Below, piece by piece: positions 20,534 through 32,843 of a stretch of DNA of 64,000 bases. This stretch comes from Gammaproteobacteria bacterium (lineage in GTDB: Bacteria; Pseudomonadota; Gammaproteobacteria; Arenicellales; JAJDZL01). The first letter of the stretch is position 1, and the number at the start of each line of letters is the position of its first letter. The position numbers and the translations under genes are program-made. The stretch spans positions 492-64,491 of the forward strand of contig JAJDXD010000138.1 of the NCBI GenBank assembly GCA_022823405.1. Direction: 5' to 3'. A model generated the notes under the pieces. The model ran no database searches. It was not told the origin of the DNA and worked only from the letters and a program-made list of their open reading frames with translations.

Positions 20534-21877
20534 TTAAGCGGGGCTTGTTACCTGCGCCTCAATTTTTCGGTACCATGTGGCAAGAAGCAATCCGCGCGCC
20601 AACATGAATGCCATCACTCCAAGCCAAAGACCGTGATTGCCAAAGAGATAAGAACCGGGAAATGCAACGACAAAGAACAAGACCATTGAAATAATCAGGC
20701 AGTTCCTCATTTCAGCTGTTCGAGTCATTCCAATGTAGACGCCATCATATAGAAACGGCCATACGCAGAAAAATGGCGCAATGATGAGCCAGATTAGATA
20801 CTCGCCAGCTGTCTCTTGAACACTATCAATTCCGGTCATCAACCCGATCACAAAGTTCCCGAATAACAGATACACCAGACAAAAACAAAATGCGACGATG
20901 ATGGACCATAACAATGTTACTGCGACGGTACGATTCAGTCGTACGCGATCCTTGGCACCATACGCATTTCCAGCCAATGCCTCTGCAGCATGTGCAAAGC
21001 CGTCCAATCCAAAAGCTAAAAAATGCAACAGGTGCATGAGTACCGCATTGGCTGCCAACACCAAGTCACTCTGCCTGGCGCTCGCCCACATAAAGTAAAT
21101 GAACACGACTTCGAGACAAAGCGTCCGTAGCAGGATATTGACGTTAACCTGCACCAGTTGCACCAGTTTGTCCCGCTGTAATATTTGAAATTCATTCATC
21201 CTCGCCGGCGACATCCGAAGCAGTTTCCAGCAAATTCCAAGACCCACCAATGCGGTTGTAACTTCACTAATCACTGTTGCAGCAGCAACACCAGGCACTC
21301 CCCAACCGAAAGCCATTACAAACAGCAAGTCGAGAACGATGTTCATACCATTCAACAACAACTGCAGGACAAGGGCGGTTCGCATCCGCTGCAGGCCGAA
21401 TAGCATTCCCAGAGTAACGAGATTGAACATCGCAAAAACAGCGCCCCAAACTCGAATGCCATAGTATTCAAGCGCATGTGACTCTACCTGTTCACTTGCT
21501 TCGAAAAACCAGAAAATTACAGAGCCAATTGGCGCTTGCAGCACAATGACCAGTCCACCGACACTCAAGGCAACCACCAGGCTTCGAATAAACGCTGCGC
21601 CTACCTCTGTTTGATCGTTGGCACCGTAGCTTTGCGCTACGAATCCAGTGGTTCCCATTCGCAGAAATCCCACTAACCAATAGATTGTGCTGAAAATCAG
21701 TGCCCCCAACGCTACAGCACCGATATAAGCGGGGTTGGGCAGATGCCCAACGACCGCGGTATCAACCGCACCTGCAAGTGGCAAGCTGAGATTGGCAATA
21801 ATCACCGGCCAGGTGAGATTCAACACTCGACGATGCAGATCGTAATTGCCTTTGTAGTCCAAAATTTGTTTAATCAC
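20534..21877 (-). CDS. MATE family efflux transporter
   Basis: 447 aa with about 12 hydrophobic segments. The N-terminal LTWPVIIANLSLPLAGAVDTAVVGHL is typical of MATE/DinF. Confidence 0.85.
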   Translation of the reverse strand: MIKQILDYKGNYDLHRRVLNLTWPVIIANLSLPLAGAVDTAVVGHLPNPAYIGAVALGALIFSTIYWLVGFLRMGTTGFVAQSYGANDQTEVGAAFIRSLVVALSVGGLVIVLQAPIGSVIFWFFEASEQVESHALEYYGIRVWGAVFAMFNLVTLGMLFGLQRMRTALVLQLLLNGMNIVLDLLFVMAFGWGVPGVAAATVISEVTTALVGLGICWKLLRMSPARMNEFQILQRDKLVQLVQVNVNILLRTLCLEVVFIYFMWASARQSDLVLAANAVLMHLLHFLAFGLDGFAHAAEALAGNAYGAKDRVRLNRTVAVTLLWSIIVAFCFCLVYLLFGNFVIGLMTGIDSVQETAGEYLIWLIIAPFFCVWPFLYDGVYIGMTRTAEMRNCLIISMVLFFVVAFPGSYLFGNHGLWLGVMAFMLARGLLLATWYRKIEAQVTSPA

Positions 21878-21977
21878 TTGAGGTCGATCTCTTCAATCAA
21901 GCGCATCCGGTCCAGCAACGGTTAGGTGAGTTACTGTGCTGCTGATGTAAAATTATGCAACGCCAAAAATCTCTCTA

Positions 21978-22064
21978 GCCGGGATGGCGAAATTGGCAGA
22001 CGCGCCGGACTCAAAATCCGGTGGTGGAGACACCGTGAGAGTTCGAGTCTCTCTCCCGGCACCA
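21978..22064 (+). tRNA. tRNA-Leu (anticodon CAA)
   Basis: Hand-folded cloverleaf: acceptor GCCGGGA/TCCCGGC, anticodon stem CCGGA/TCCGG with loop CTCAAAA, long variable arm, T-loop GTTCGAGTC and an encoded CCA. Confidence 0.9.
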
Positions 22065-22083
22065 ATCAAATTCACAACTCGAG

Positions 22084-22656
22084 ATGAAATTTCTATTTGA
22101 CCTTCTGCCGCTGATTCTGTTTTTCGCGGCATACAAGATGTATGACATATTTGTCGCTACAGGGGTGGCGATTGCTGCATCATTTTTTCAGATCGGCGCG
22201 TTTTGGCTGAAGCACCGTCGATTTGAAACAATGCATGTAATTACGCTGGCTGCGCTGGTGATTTGTGGCGGCATGACGATTCTTCTGCGCGATCCACTTT
22301 TCATTAAATGGAAGACAACAATAGTCAACTGGCTCTTCGCCGCAATTATCCTTTATTCACAATTTTTTACGAAACGCTCAGTGTCCGAAGTACTGTTCGG
22401 TGATAAAGCGCAAATTCAACTGCCGCGTAAAGCGTGGCGATTGTTCAACATGAATTGGGGGATTTTCTTTCTGTTCGTCGGTGCGCTGAACATATATGTA
22501 GCGTTTTACTACGGACTGCATCTTGACGAAGCCACCCGCGAAGAAATCTGGGTGAACTTCAAGGTATTCGGGGTGATTGTACTGACGATTGTCTTTACAA
22601 TCGTTCAGATTTTCCTAATGGCACGATTTGTCAAAGAAGAAGGCGAAAAAATATAA
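22084..22656 (+). CDS. yciB: Intracellular septation protein A (YciB/IspZ)
   Basis: MKFLFDLLPLILFFAAYKMYDIF is the characteristic N-terminus of the family. The protein is 190 aa and polytopic. Confidence 0.85.
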   Translation: MKFLFDLLPLILFFAAYKMYDIFVATGVAIAASFFQIGAFWLKHRRFETMHVITLAALVICGGMTILLRDPLFIKWKTTIVNWLFAAIILYSQFFTKRSVSEVLFGDKAQIQLPRKAWRLFNMNWGIFFLFVGALNIYVAFYYGLHLDEATREEIWVNFKVFGVIVLTIVFTIVQIFLMARFVKEEGEKI

Positions 22657-22749
22657 GCGACATCGATTATTGCTGTTACCGGTCATCAACACTCATATAT
22701 CCCTTAATCTCCTGAATACCAGAAGTTGATACCAGATCTGTCTTAACTA

Positions 22750-25449
22750 TCAACTTGCCGCTTCGACAGCGGGCCTGACTGCCAAGCTGTTTAGGACATA
22801 CCGCAGAATTCCCTTGCTTTCAAAATACTCCCATTCTCTGGGGGTTTCGATACGTACGATGACCCGGAATATTTGATGTGAACCATCATTTCGGATTGCA
22901 GCGACTTCGACCAATTTAGCGCCTTTTTCAATGCCTCTGATGTGGTAGACCTCTTCGCCCGTCAAACCGAGGGAGTTGCGCGTATCACCGTCTTGGAACC
23001 TTAATGGCAAAATGCCCATTCCAAGTAAATTGGAGCGATGAATTCTTTCATAGCTTTCTGCAATGACTGCACGGATACCAAGTAGCAGTGGACCTTTCGC
23101 GGCCCAGTCCCGCGATGAACCGGACCCGTATTCTTTACCTGCGATGACGATCAGAGAAACACGATCCGACCGGTAGCGGTTCGCCGCATCAAAAATGGAC
23201 ATAACTTCACCGGAAGGCATATGGCGGGTCCAACCACCTTCGGTTCCGGGTGCAATTTCATTTCTGAGCCTAACGTTAGCGAAAGTGCCGCGCATCATGA
23301 TTTCGTGATTGCCTCGCCGTGAACCATAGGAGTTGAAGTCTGCTGGACTTACACCCCTATCAATCAAGTACTGTCCAGCAGGACTGGTCGGCATAATCGC
23401 CCCAGCCGGTGAGATATGGTCAGTCGTAATGCTGTCACCAAGCAAAGCGATTGCTCTTGCACCTTCAATGTCGCCAATCTGCTGGCGTTGAGATGGTTTG
23501 ACCATGTCGTCGAAATAGGGAGCTTTTCGAATGTATGTAGAAGACTCATCCCAGTTGTACTGGCTGGAATGCTCTACTGGAATTTTTGCCCATTGATCAT
23601 CGCCTTTGAACACATCAATGTACTTTGACTGAAACAATTCGCTGGTCACAAAGCTGTCAATCACACGATTTATATCTTCCGTACTTGGCCAAACGTCACG
23701 CAGAAATACGTCTTTGCCATTACTTCCCGTACCAATCGGGTCGTTATAGAGATCAACGCACATCGATCCAGCCAACGCGTAAGCGACAACCAGGGGTGGC
23801 GAAGCCAGAAAATTCATTTTCACCGCAGCATGAACCCGGCCTTCAAAATTGCGATTACCAGACAGTACCGAACTGACAATCAATTCACCTTCCTTGATAC
23901 CGTCAGCAACGGGAGCTGGCAATGGTCCACTATTACCGATACAAGTTGTGCATCCATATCCAACCACTGAAAATCCGATTTGCTCCAGCGGTTTCAGCAA
24001 TCCCGAGCGTTCAAGGTACTCAGTAACCACCTGAGAGCCTGGAGCCAGTGAGGTCTTAACCCAAGGTTTGGACTTCAATCCAAGCCTTACAGCATTCTGC
24101 GCTAACAATCCAGCGGCGACGATGACAGCCGGATTTGATGTATTGGTGCAGCTCGTAATTGCTGCAACCACAATGTCTCCATCAGAAAGATCCACCGACT
24201 GATGGTCTATATCAACTGCAACCGATTTCGTCGCAGATTCTTTACCGCGAACTTGGGACAGGTGCTGCGACACCTGACTCTTGGCATCTTTCAAAAGCAA
24301 GCGATCCTGTGGCCGTTTTGGACCGGCAATACTGGGTAGAACATCTGCCAAGTTCAGTTCAACTATTTCGTTAAATCGGATGTCGTCGCCACTGTACCCG
24401 CGCTCTCTGAACATGCCCTGATGCCGGGCATAAGACTCTACCAGATTCACTGATCTTTCAGACCGGCCAGTCAGACGCAGATAGTCGAGCGTGCTCGCAT
24501 CAATTGGAAATATTCCACATGTTGCACCATACTCCGGCGCCATGTTGGAAATAGTTGCCTGGTCTGATACGGACAAATGATCCAGTCCATCGCCGTAAAA
24601 TTCAACAAATTTTCCAACCACTCCGTGCTTTCGCAACATCTGCACAACAGTTAATACCAGATCGGTTGCAGTCGCCCCTTCCGGCAAAGAGCCGCGCAGC
24701 CGGCAGCCAACCACTCTTGGGAACAGCATTGCAATGGACTGACCCAGCATTGCTGCTTCAGCTTCGATGCCTCCGACTCCCCAGCCCAATACGCCAATAC
24801 CATTAATCATGGTTGTGTGGGAATCAGTCCCCACCACGGTATCAGGAAATGCTTGCAAGACTCCATTTTCTGGTTTTTCAGATACCACCGATGCAAGGTA
24901 TTCAAGATTGACCTGATGCACAATCCCGGTCGATGGAGGCACGACACTGAATTGTGCAAAGGAGTTTTGACCCCACCGCAGAAACGAATAGCGTTCAGCA
25001 TTTCGACGATATTCCAAAATGGCATTTAGGTCGACTGCGTTACGGGCGCCAAAGTGATCGACCATCACCGAGTGATCAATCACGAGGTCCGTGCGAATCA
25101 CTGGATTGATCGCTTTGGGGTCATAACCCATTGCTGCCAAGGCATCGCGCATGGCTGCCAAATCGACAATCGCCGGCACCCCGGTAAAATCCTGCATCAG
25201 CACCCGTGAAGGTGAAAATCCGATTTCAATATCTGGTGGGTTGTTCTCCTGCCACTCTGCAACAGTCAGAATCTGATCTTCTGTTACATCGATGCCATTC
25301 TCATGTCGCAGCAAGTTCTCGAGCAATATCTTGAGTGAATACGGCAATGTATGAATGTCGTATTCGCGCGCGAGACTCTCAAGCGAGTAAATTTCATACG
25401 ACCGTCGGTCGACTTCCAGGATTGTGCGGCAATCAAAGCTGTTATTCAT
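22750..25449 (-). CDS. acnA: Aconitate hydratase A
   Basis: 899 aa with the Fe-S ligand regions TDSHTTM, ITSCTNTSNP and GCTTCIGNSG. Confidence 0.95.
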   Translation of the reverse strand: MNNSFDCRTILEVDRRSYEIYSLESLAREYDIHTLPYSLKILLENLLRHENGIDVTEDQILTVAEWQENNPPDIEIGFSPSRVLMQDFTGVPAIVDLAAMRDALAAMGYDPKAINPVIRTDLVIDHSVMVDHFGARNAVDLNAILEYRRNAERYSFLRWGQNSFAQFSVVPPSTGIVHQVNLEYLASVVSEKPENGVLQAFPDTVVGTDSHTTMINGIGVLGWGVGGIEAEAAMLGQSIAMLFPRVVGCRLRGSLPEGATATDLVLTVVQMLRKHGVVGKFVEFYGDGLDHLSVSDQATISNMAPEYGATCGIFPIDASTLDYLRLTGRSERSVNLVESYARHQGMFRERGYSGDDIRFNEIVELNLADVLPSIAGPKRPQDRLLLKDAKSQVSQHLSQVRGKESATKSVAVDIDHQSVDLSDGDIVVAAITSCTNTSNPAVIVAAGLLAQNAVRLGLKSKPWVKTSLAPGSQVVTEYLERSGLLKPLEQIGFSVVGYGCTTCIGNSGPLPAPVADGIKEGELIVSSVLSGNRNFEGRVHAAVKMNFLASPPLVVAYALAGSMCVDLYNDPIGTGSNGKDVFLRDVWPSTEDINRVIDSFVTSELFQSKYIDVFKGDDQWAKIPVEHSSQYNWDESSTYIRKAPYFDDMVKPSQRQQIGDIEGARAIALLGDSITTDHISPAGAIMPTSPAGQYLIDRGVSPADFNSYGSRRGNHEIMMRGTFANVRLRNEIAPGTEGGWTRHMPSGEVMSIFDAANRYRSDRVSLIVIAGKEYGSGSSRDWAAKGPLLLGIRAVIAESYERIHRSNLLGMGILPLRFQDGDTRNSLGLTGEEVYHIRGIEKGAKLVEVAAIRNDGSHQIFRVIVRIETPREWEYFESKGILRYVLNSLAVRPAVEAAS

Positions 25450-25588
25450 CTTTGGATTTCTTTAGTAGTTGCGAACAGACCGCGGTGTAATCAGGTAATG
25501 ACAAAATGAGTCATCGCATCGAAGGGCTCAAATCGACATTGCAGCAGTTTAAACCGCAAACTCGAACTTGATTCGACTCGAATTTTAA

Positions 25589-25620
25589 CGCCGCACCCCA
25601 TATTCAAACGAGGTGCGGCG
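25589..25620 (-). terminator. Rho-independent terminator candidate downstream of hsp20
   Basis: 9-bp GC-rich stem, CGCCGCACC (25589-25597) paired with GGTGCGGCG (25612-25620). On the minus strand it is followed by TTAAAATT. It lies about 25 nt past the out-of-frame stop at 25645. Confidence 0.6.
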
Positions 25621-25644
25621 AAACCGATTGATTCAGAAATTTCG

Positions 25645-26084
25645 TCAGTCAACGTTAATAGAAATCGTTTTGTGTTTTTCCGATTTCTTTGGTACGGTCA
25701 GATGCAAAATTCCATCACTGTAGGAAGCCGAAATTTTGTCCTGTTTATATTTCCACGAAACTTAATTGTTCGCAGGTAGGTGCCAATGCGACGCTCGTGT
25801 TGCACCCAGTAGCCACCTTCGTGGCTGGTTCTTTCAACATCCGCATTGATTGTCACGGTTCCAGCGGAGCAGGATAGTTTTACCGCGTCTTTGCTGACGC
25901 CGGGCATTTCGATGCTAGCGTAGTAGGCTGATTCATCTTCGTAAATATCTACAGCAGGAGTTAACTCGTGACTTGTCTCTTGCGCGGCGGCAGGTTTTGC
26001 ACCCAACAGCTGCTGGAAAAGATTGTTTGGATCGTCTGGATAAATGTAATACCCACCGAACGGTGAGGCAATTTTCTGTACCAC
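25645..26084 (-). pseudogene. Hsp20/alpha-crystallin small heat-shock protein with an apparent 1-nt deletion near the 3' end
   Basis: The ORF 25698-26084 has the sHSP core (TPAVDIYEDESAYYASIEMPGVSKDAVKLS...ERRIGTYLRTIKF) but ends in non-homologous residues. The conserved end QDKISASYSDGILHLTVPKKSEKHKTISINVD, including the I-x-I motif, is open in another frame (25645-25761). Confidence 0.7.
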
Positions 26085-26329
26085 CGAGCACCCCTTGTAT
26101 GCGTCCTAATCGTTAAATCAATAACGGATTTGTTCGGAGTCAGTGCGTTGCACGAAGCTGGGCGAAAAATGTGCAAAATACACCTGATTATTAGGACGAA
26201 TTATAAGCAACCAACTTGAATATTTCCTGCAAATTAAGGTTAAGAATAGACCTGTAATCAGGTACTGGTGAGATGGTTTTCTCAGTCCAAATTGTGGATT
26301 CCAGGTTGGATACTAATCACAACTTTCCA

Positions 26330-26422
26330 ACCATCCGTATTTCAACTCATTTCCACCGTTGCAACCTGTACAGCCACAGTCAGGCAAAGGCACCGTTAAT
26401 CGAATTTCTCATAGGACTGATT
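26330..26422 (-). pseudogene. Decayed 5' fragment of a Sel1-repeat paralog
   Basis: The 18-nt string tttctcataggactgatt (26405-26422) is identical to 28960-28977, the RBS/ATG region of the intact Sel1 gene. After a frame shift it encodes LCLTVAVQVATVEMS, compared with LCLALVLLLGTVELS in the intact signal peptide. It is interrupted by stops. Confidence 0.5.
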
Positions 26423-26474
26423 GCGGCACCAAATTGAATCAAGTCGATTCAGGAATCATACACTGCTATTCACA

Positions 26475-28037
26475 CTAAGCACTCATGACGCGTTCACTGA
26501 TTCCTTGAACCGCTGCATGAGCCGCTAGTACGGCACCTTCCTGCCAACCGGGCAGTGCAGATGCCTGGTCACCGGCAAAATAAATCGGACCATCTGGTTT
26601 TTGCAGTGTCTCCCTGATTTCGTTACTGTAAGCCCACCCACCTTTTTGGAATGGAACTTTCAGCCACGCTCGGCTGACCCCGGTAGCTATTTCATTTGCG
26701 TATCCGGAATGAATCTGTTCACCTTGATTAATTGCAGCCTGCAGACGCTCTTGGGGAGTCATTTCTGAAAATCGCAAACCGGGTTCCTTGCCCCAGATAT
26801 AGGCTCCCATGAGTATTCCATTCTCACGATGATAACCGTATGGCGGATACCAGATCTGTGTAATGTCTTGATCAGTCCACGAGATTCCACCATAAATGGC
26901 TTGATCCTCTTCCCAAAAGCGGCGACTGGTCTGATAGGCGATCTTTACCGCCGGGACAAATTCCAGCGATTTGATTGCACCGAGATAATCTTTGAAGAAA
27001 TCATTCGGGATATCTACCAGCACCGGTGCGGGTATGGTGCAAATTGCGAAATCGGCATTGACTACAACGGTTTGACCGTTCATCACCGGTTGCTGTACCA
27101 CGATTCGAACACCATCCGCACTTTTTCTAATCTCCTTGACGATGGATCGGTATTGAATGAGCGTACCAACTCGTTCATTAAATGCATTGACGATCGCATC
27201 CATGCCACCGACAGGTTGAAACAATGTCGGATTTTGGTTGAGAAATTGGTCAAAATGAAGTTTGTAAATCCAAAAATCGGATTGGAGCAACTCATCAAAT
27301 GCAAGGGGAGAATTCAATTCCCCGGATTTGAGGCCCGCGTTGATTTGCTGGCGCTTAAAACCGCCGCGACTTGAACCTTTATACTGTCGGTTATCGTCTA
27401 GATCTCCATACTTTTCCAACATCGCCAAGATTCGCTCTTTGTCTTCACTCGTGAATTCAGAATCCAAAGCGTTTCGGTCAATCGCCTTGGCAAGCAGTTC
27501 TGCGATATAGCCGCGCATATCAGTATTCACTTGTCGAGATGCCACAGCTTTACCGTTAAACCGCTCCCGATTGTGGAATAGTGCCGCCCGGTTGTCATTC
27601 GTAAACACCTCAAGCTCAACACCAAATTCCTTGCAATAAGCGAGAATTGTTCGATGGTGGTAGGGAATTCGCGCAGGACCCATATTTGCATACAGATCAG
27701 GTCGGCTACCAAATTGCACGTTTTGCCGACTATCACTCTCTTCGAGCAGGTCGCCGCCTCGTACCGTCAAATTTCTCCCACCTGCACGCTCAGTTGCTTC
27801 CAAAATTGTGCAGTCATAACCCGCCTTCGATAATTCGTACGCCGCAACCAGACCTGAGATACCAGCACCTAGAATTACCACACTTCGGCCGTTACCCGAA
27901 CCGCTTGGGAGACTGAGCTGGCTAGCGCTGGCAGTGCCGATTCCCGTCATTCCCAAGGCTTGCATGCTCCGATACACTGCCCCTACGCCGCCGATTGAAC
28001 CGACAGTTTGAAGAAATCTGCGCTTGGTAATATTCAT
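26475..28037 (-). CDS. Tat-exported flavin-containing amine oxidase (monoamine / L-amino-acid oxidase family)
   Basis: ATG 28037 is preceded by AAGGAGG. The protein has a twin-arginine signal MNITKRRFLQTVGSIGGVGA, the FAD dinucleotide fold VVILGAGISGLVAAYEL, and a C-terminal FAGDQAS. Confidence 0.8.
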   Translation of the reverse strand: MNITKRRFLQTVGSIGGVGAVYRSMQALGMTGIGTASASQLSLPSGSGNGRSVVILGAGISGLVAAYELSKAGYDCTILEATERAGGRNLTVRGGDLLEESDSRQNVQFGSRPDLYANMGPARIPYHHRTILAYCKEFGVELEVFTNDNRAALFHNRERFNGKAVASRQVNTDMRGYIAELLAKAIDRNALDSEFTSEDKERILAMLEKYGDLDDNRQYKGSSRGGFKRQQINAGLKSGELNSPLAFDELLQSDFWIYKLHFDQFLNQNPTLFQPVGGMDAIVNAFNERVGTLIQYRSIVKEIRKSADGVRIVVQQPVMNGQTVVVNADFAICTIPAPVLVDIPNDFFKDYLGAIKSLEFVPAVKIAYQTSRRFWEEDQAIYGGISWTDQDITQIWYPPYGYHRENGILMGAYIWGKEPGLRFSEMTPQERLQAAINQGEQIHSGYANEIATGVSRAWLKVPFQKGGWAYSNEIRETLQKPDGPIYFAGDQASALPGWQEGAVLAAHAAVQGISERVMSA

Positions 28038-28151
28038 TTTGCAAACAACCTCCTTGTTTAATTTCCGCAAATAAAAACCAGAATCAGGTTTGTTTCAAGC
28101 GTTGGTGGGACAGATTCTTTCTCCTGAAACGCGAGTTGGATGTTGGCTATA

Positions 28152-28967
28152 TCAACAACCCTTGTAGTACTTATTCGTGCATTCACGAGCGAGTTCCAGG
28201 GCTTTTGATATGTCGGCAGAGCTCATGCGTTCCGCAACTTCATCCCTATATTCTTTTGCATTCTCGCTCCCTATTTGTGCGGCAATGTCGAACCACATGT
28301 AGGCGTAAACATCATCCTGTGGAACGCCGTATCCGTTTTCGTACATCACACCCAAAGCAGATTGGGCCCAGCCACTTCCCTGCTGCGCCGCCCGAGTAAA
28401 CCACATGAACGCGGCTTCATCGTCTTGTGATACGCCGTATCCGTAGTAGTACATTGTGCCCAAATTGAACTGGGCAACGGCAACTCCCTGCTCAGCCGCC
28501 AGTGAAAGCCACTTGACCGCAGCTTCATAGTCCCATGGAACGCCATCTCCGTTGTAGAACATCGTACCCAAATAGACTTGAGCTATGGTTTTCCCCTGTT
28601 CGGCTGCCAGTGAAAGCCACTTGACCGCAGCTTCATAGTTCCGCGGAACGCCATCTCCGTTGTAGAACATCTCACCCAAATGGATTTGAGCCATGGCTTT
28701 CCCCTGTTCGGCCGCCAGTGAAAGCCACCTGACTGCGGCATCATAGTCCAGCGGCACACCTTTTCCCTCGGTATACATGTAACCTAAAAACAACTGCGCA
28801 GTGGCATCCCCCTGTTCAGCCAAAGGTTTCAATAGACTCAAAGCTGTTTCGCCGTCGCCTAAATTGTAAGCATCAATACCTTTTTCTAATTCAGCACTCC
28901 AACTCAATTCCACCGTTCCAAGCAGTAAAACTAGAGCCAGGCAAAGATTAACAGTCAGTTTTCTCAT
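28152..28967 (-). CDS. Secreted Sel1-like (SLR/TPR-type) repeat protein
   Basis: It has a signal peptide followed by about six 36-aa repeats of the form A.KW...AAEQG...AQ..LG.MY..G.GV..D. Confidence 0.85.
   Translation of the reverse strand: MRKLTVNLCLALVLLLGTVELSWSAELEKGIDAYNLGDGETALSLLKPLAEQGDATAQLFLGYMYTEGKGVPLDYDAAVRWLSLAAEQGKAMAQIHLGEMFYNGDGVPRNYEAAVKWLSLAAEQGKTIAQVYLGTMFYNGDGVPWDYEAAVKWLSLAAEQGVAVAQFNLGTMYYYGYGVSQDDEAAFMWFTRAAQQGSGWAQSALGVMYENGYGVPQDDVYAYMWFDIAAQIGSENAKEYRDEVAERMSSADISKALELARECTNKYYKGC
28498..28713. repeat. Two tandem 108-bp units inside the Sel1 gene
   Basis: Units 28498-28605 and 28606-28713 differ at about 10 of 108 positions by my manual alignment. Flanking repeat units are much more diverged. 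Confidence 0.85.
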
Positions 28968-29148
28968 AGGACTGATTCTAACACTGAACAGGTAAATTCA
29001 GGTGTCTAACGTGATGCTCGTCAATTCGTTCCCAGTTGGAAAGAATTTCTGATATCAAAGAAAAATAGTTCGATTCGGATACTGGTTTGTTCCGATTTCA
29101 CTGCAATTGCAATTTTAACAGGCTGCTCCAGTAAATGGGAAAGCAGTC

Positions 29149-32842
<3,694 letters not shown>

Positions 32843-32843
<1 letters not shown>

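Noticed and set aside
21878-22083. tRNA-Leu, and the tRNA-Ser/tRNA-Arg pair at 59255-59469, as genomic-island integration sites
   Set aside because: The flanks are core genes in conserved order (MATE/yciB; yedK/csrA-lysC-alaS). I saw no integrase, no direct repeat of the tRNA 3' end, and no accessory cargo.
26085-26260. A sigma-32 heat-shock promoter or ROSE-like thermometer upstream of hsp20
   Set aside because: I could not find a CTTGAAA ... CCCCAT-type pair at proper spacing on the minus strand. Only weak sigma-70-like hexamers are present, which is not enough to call.
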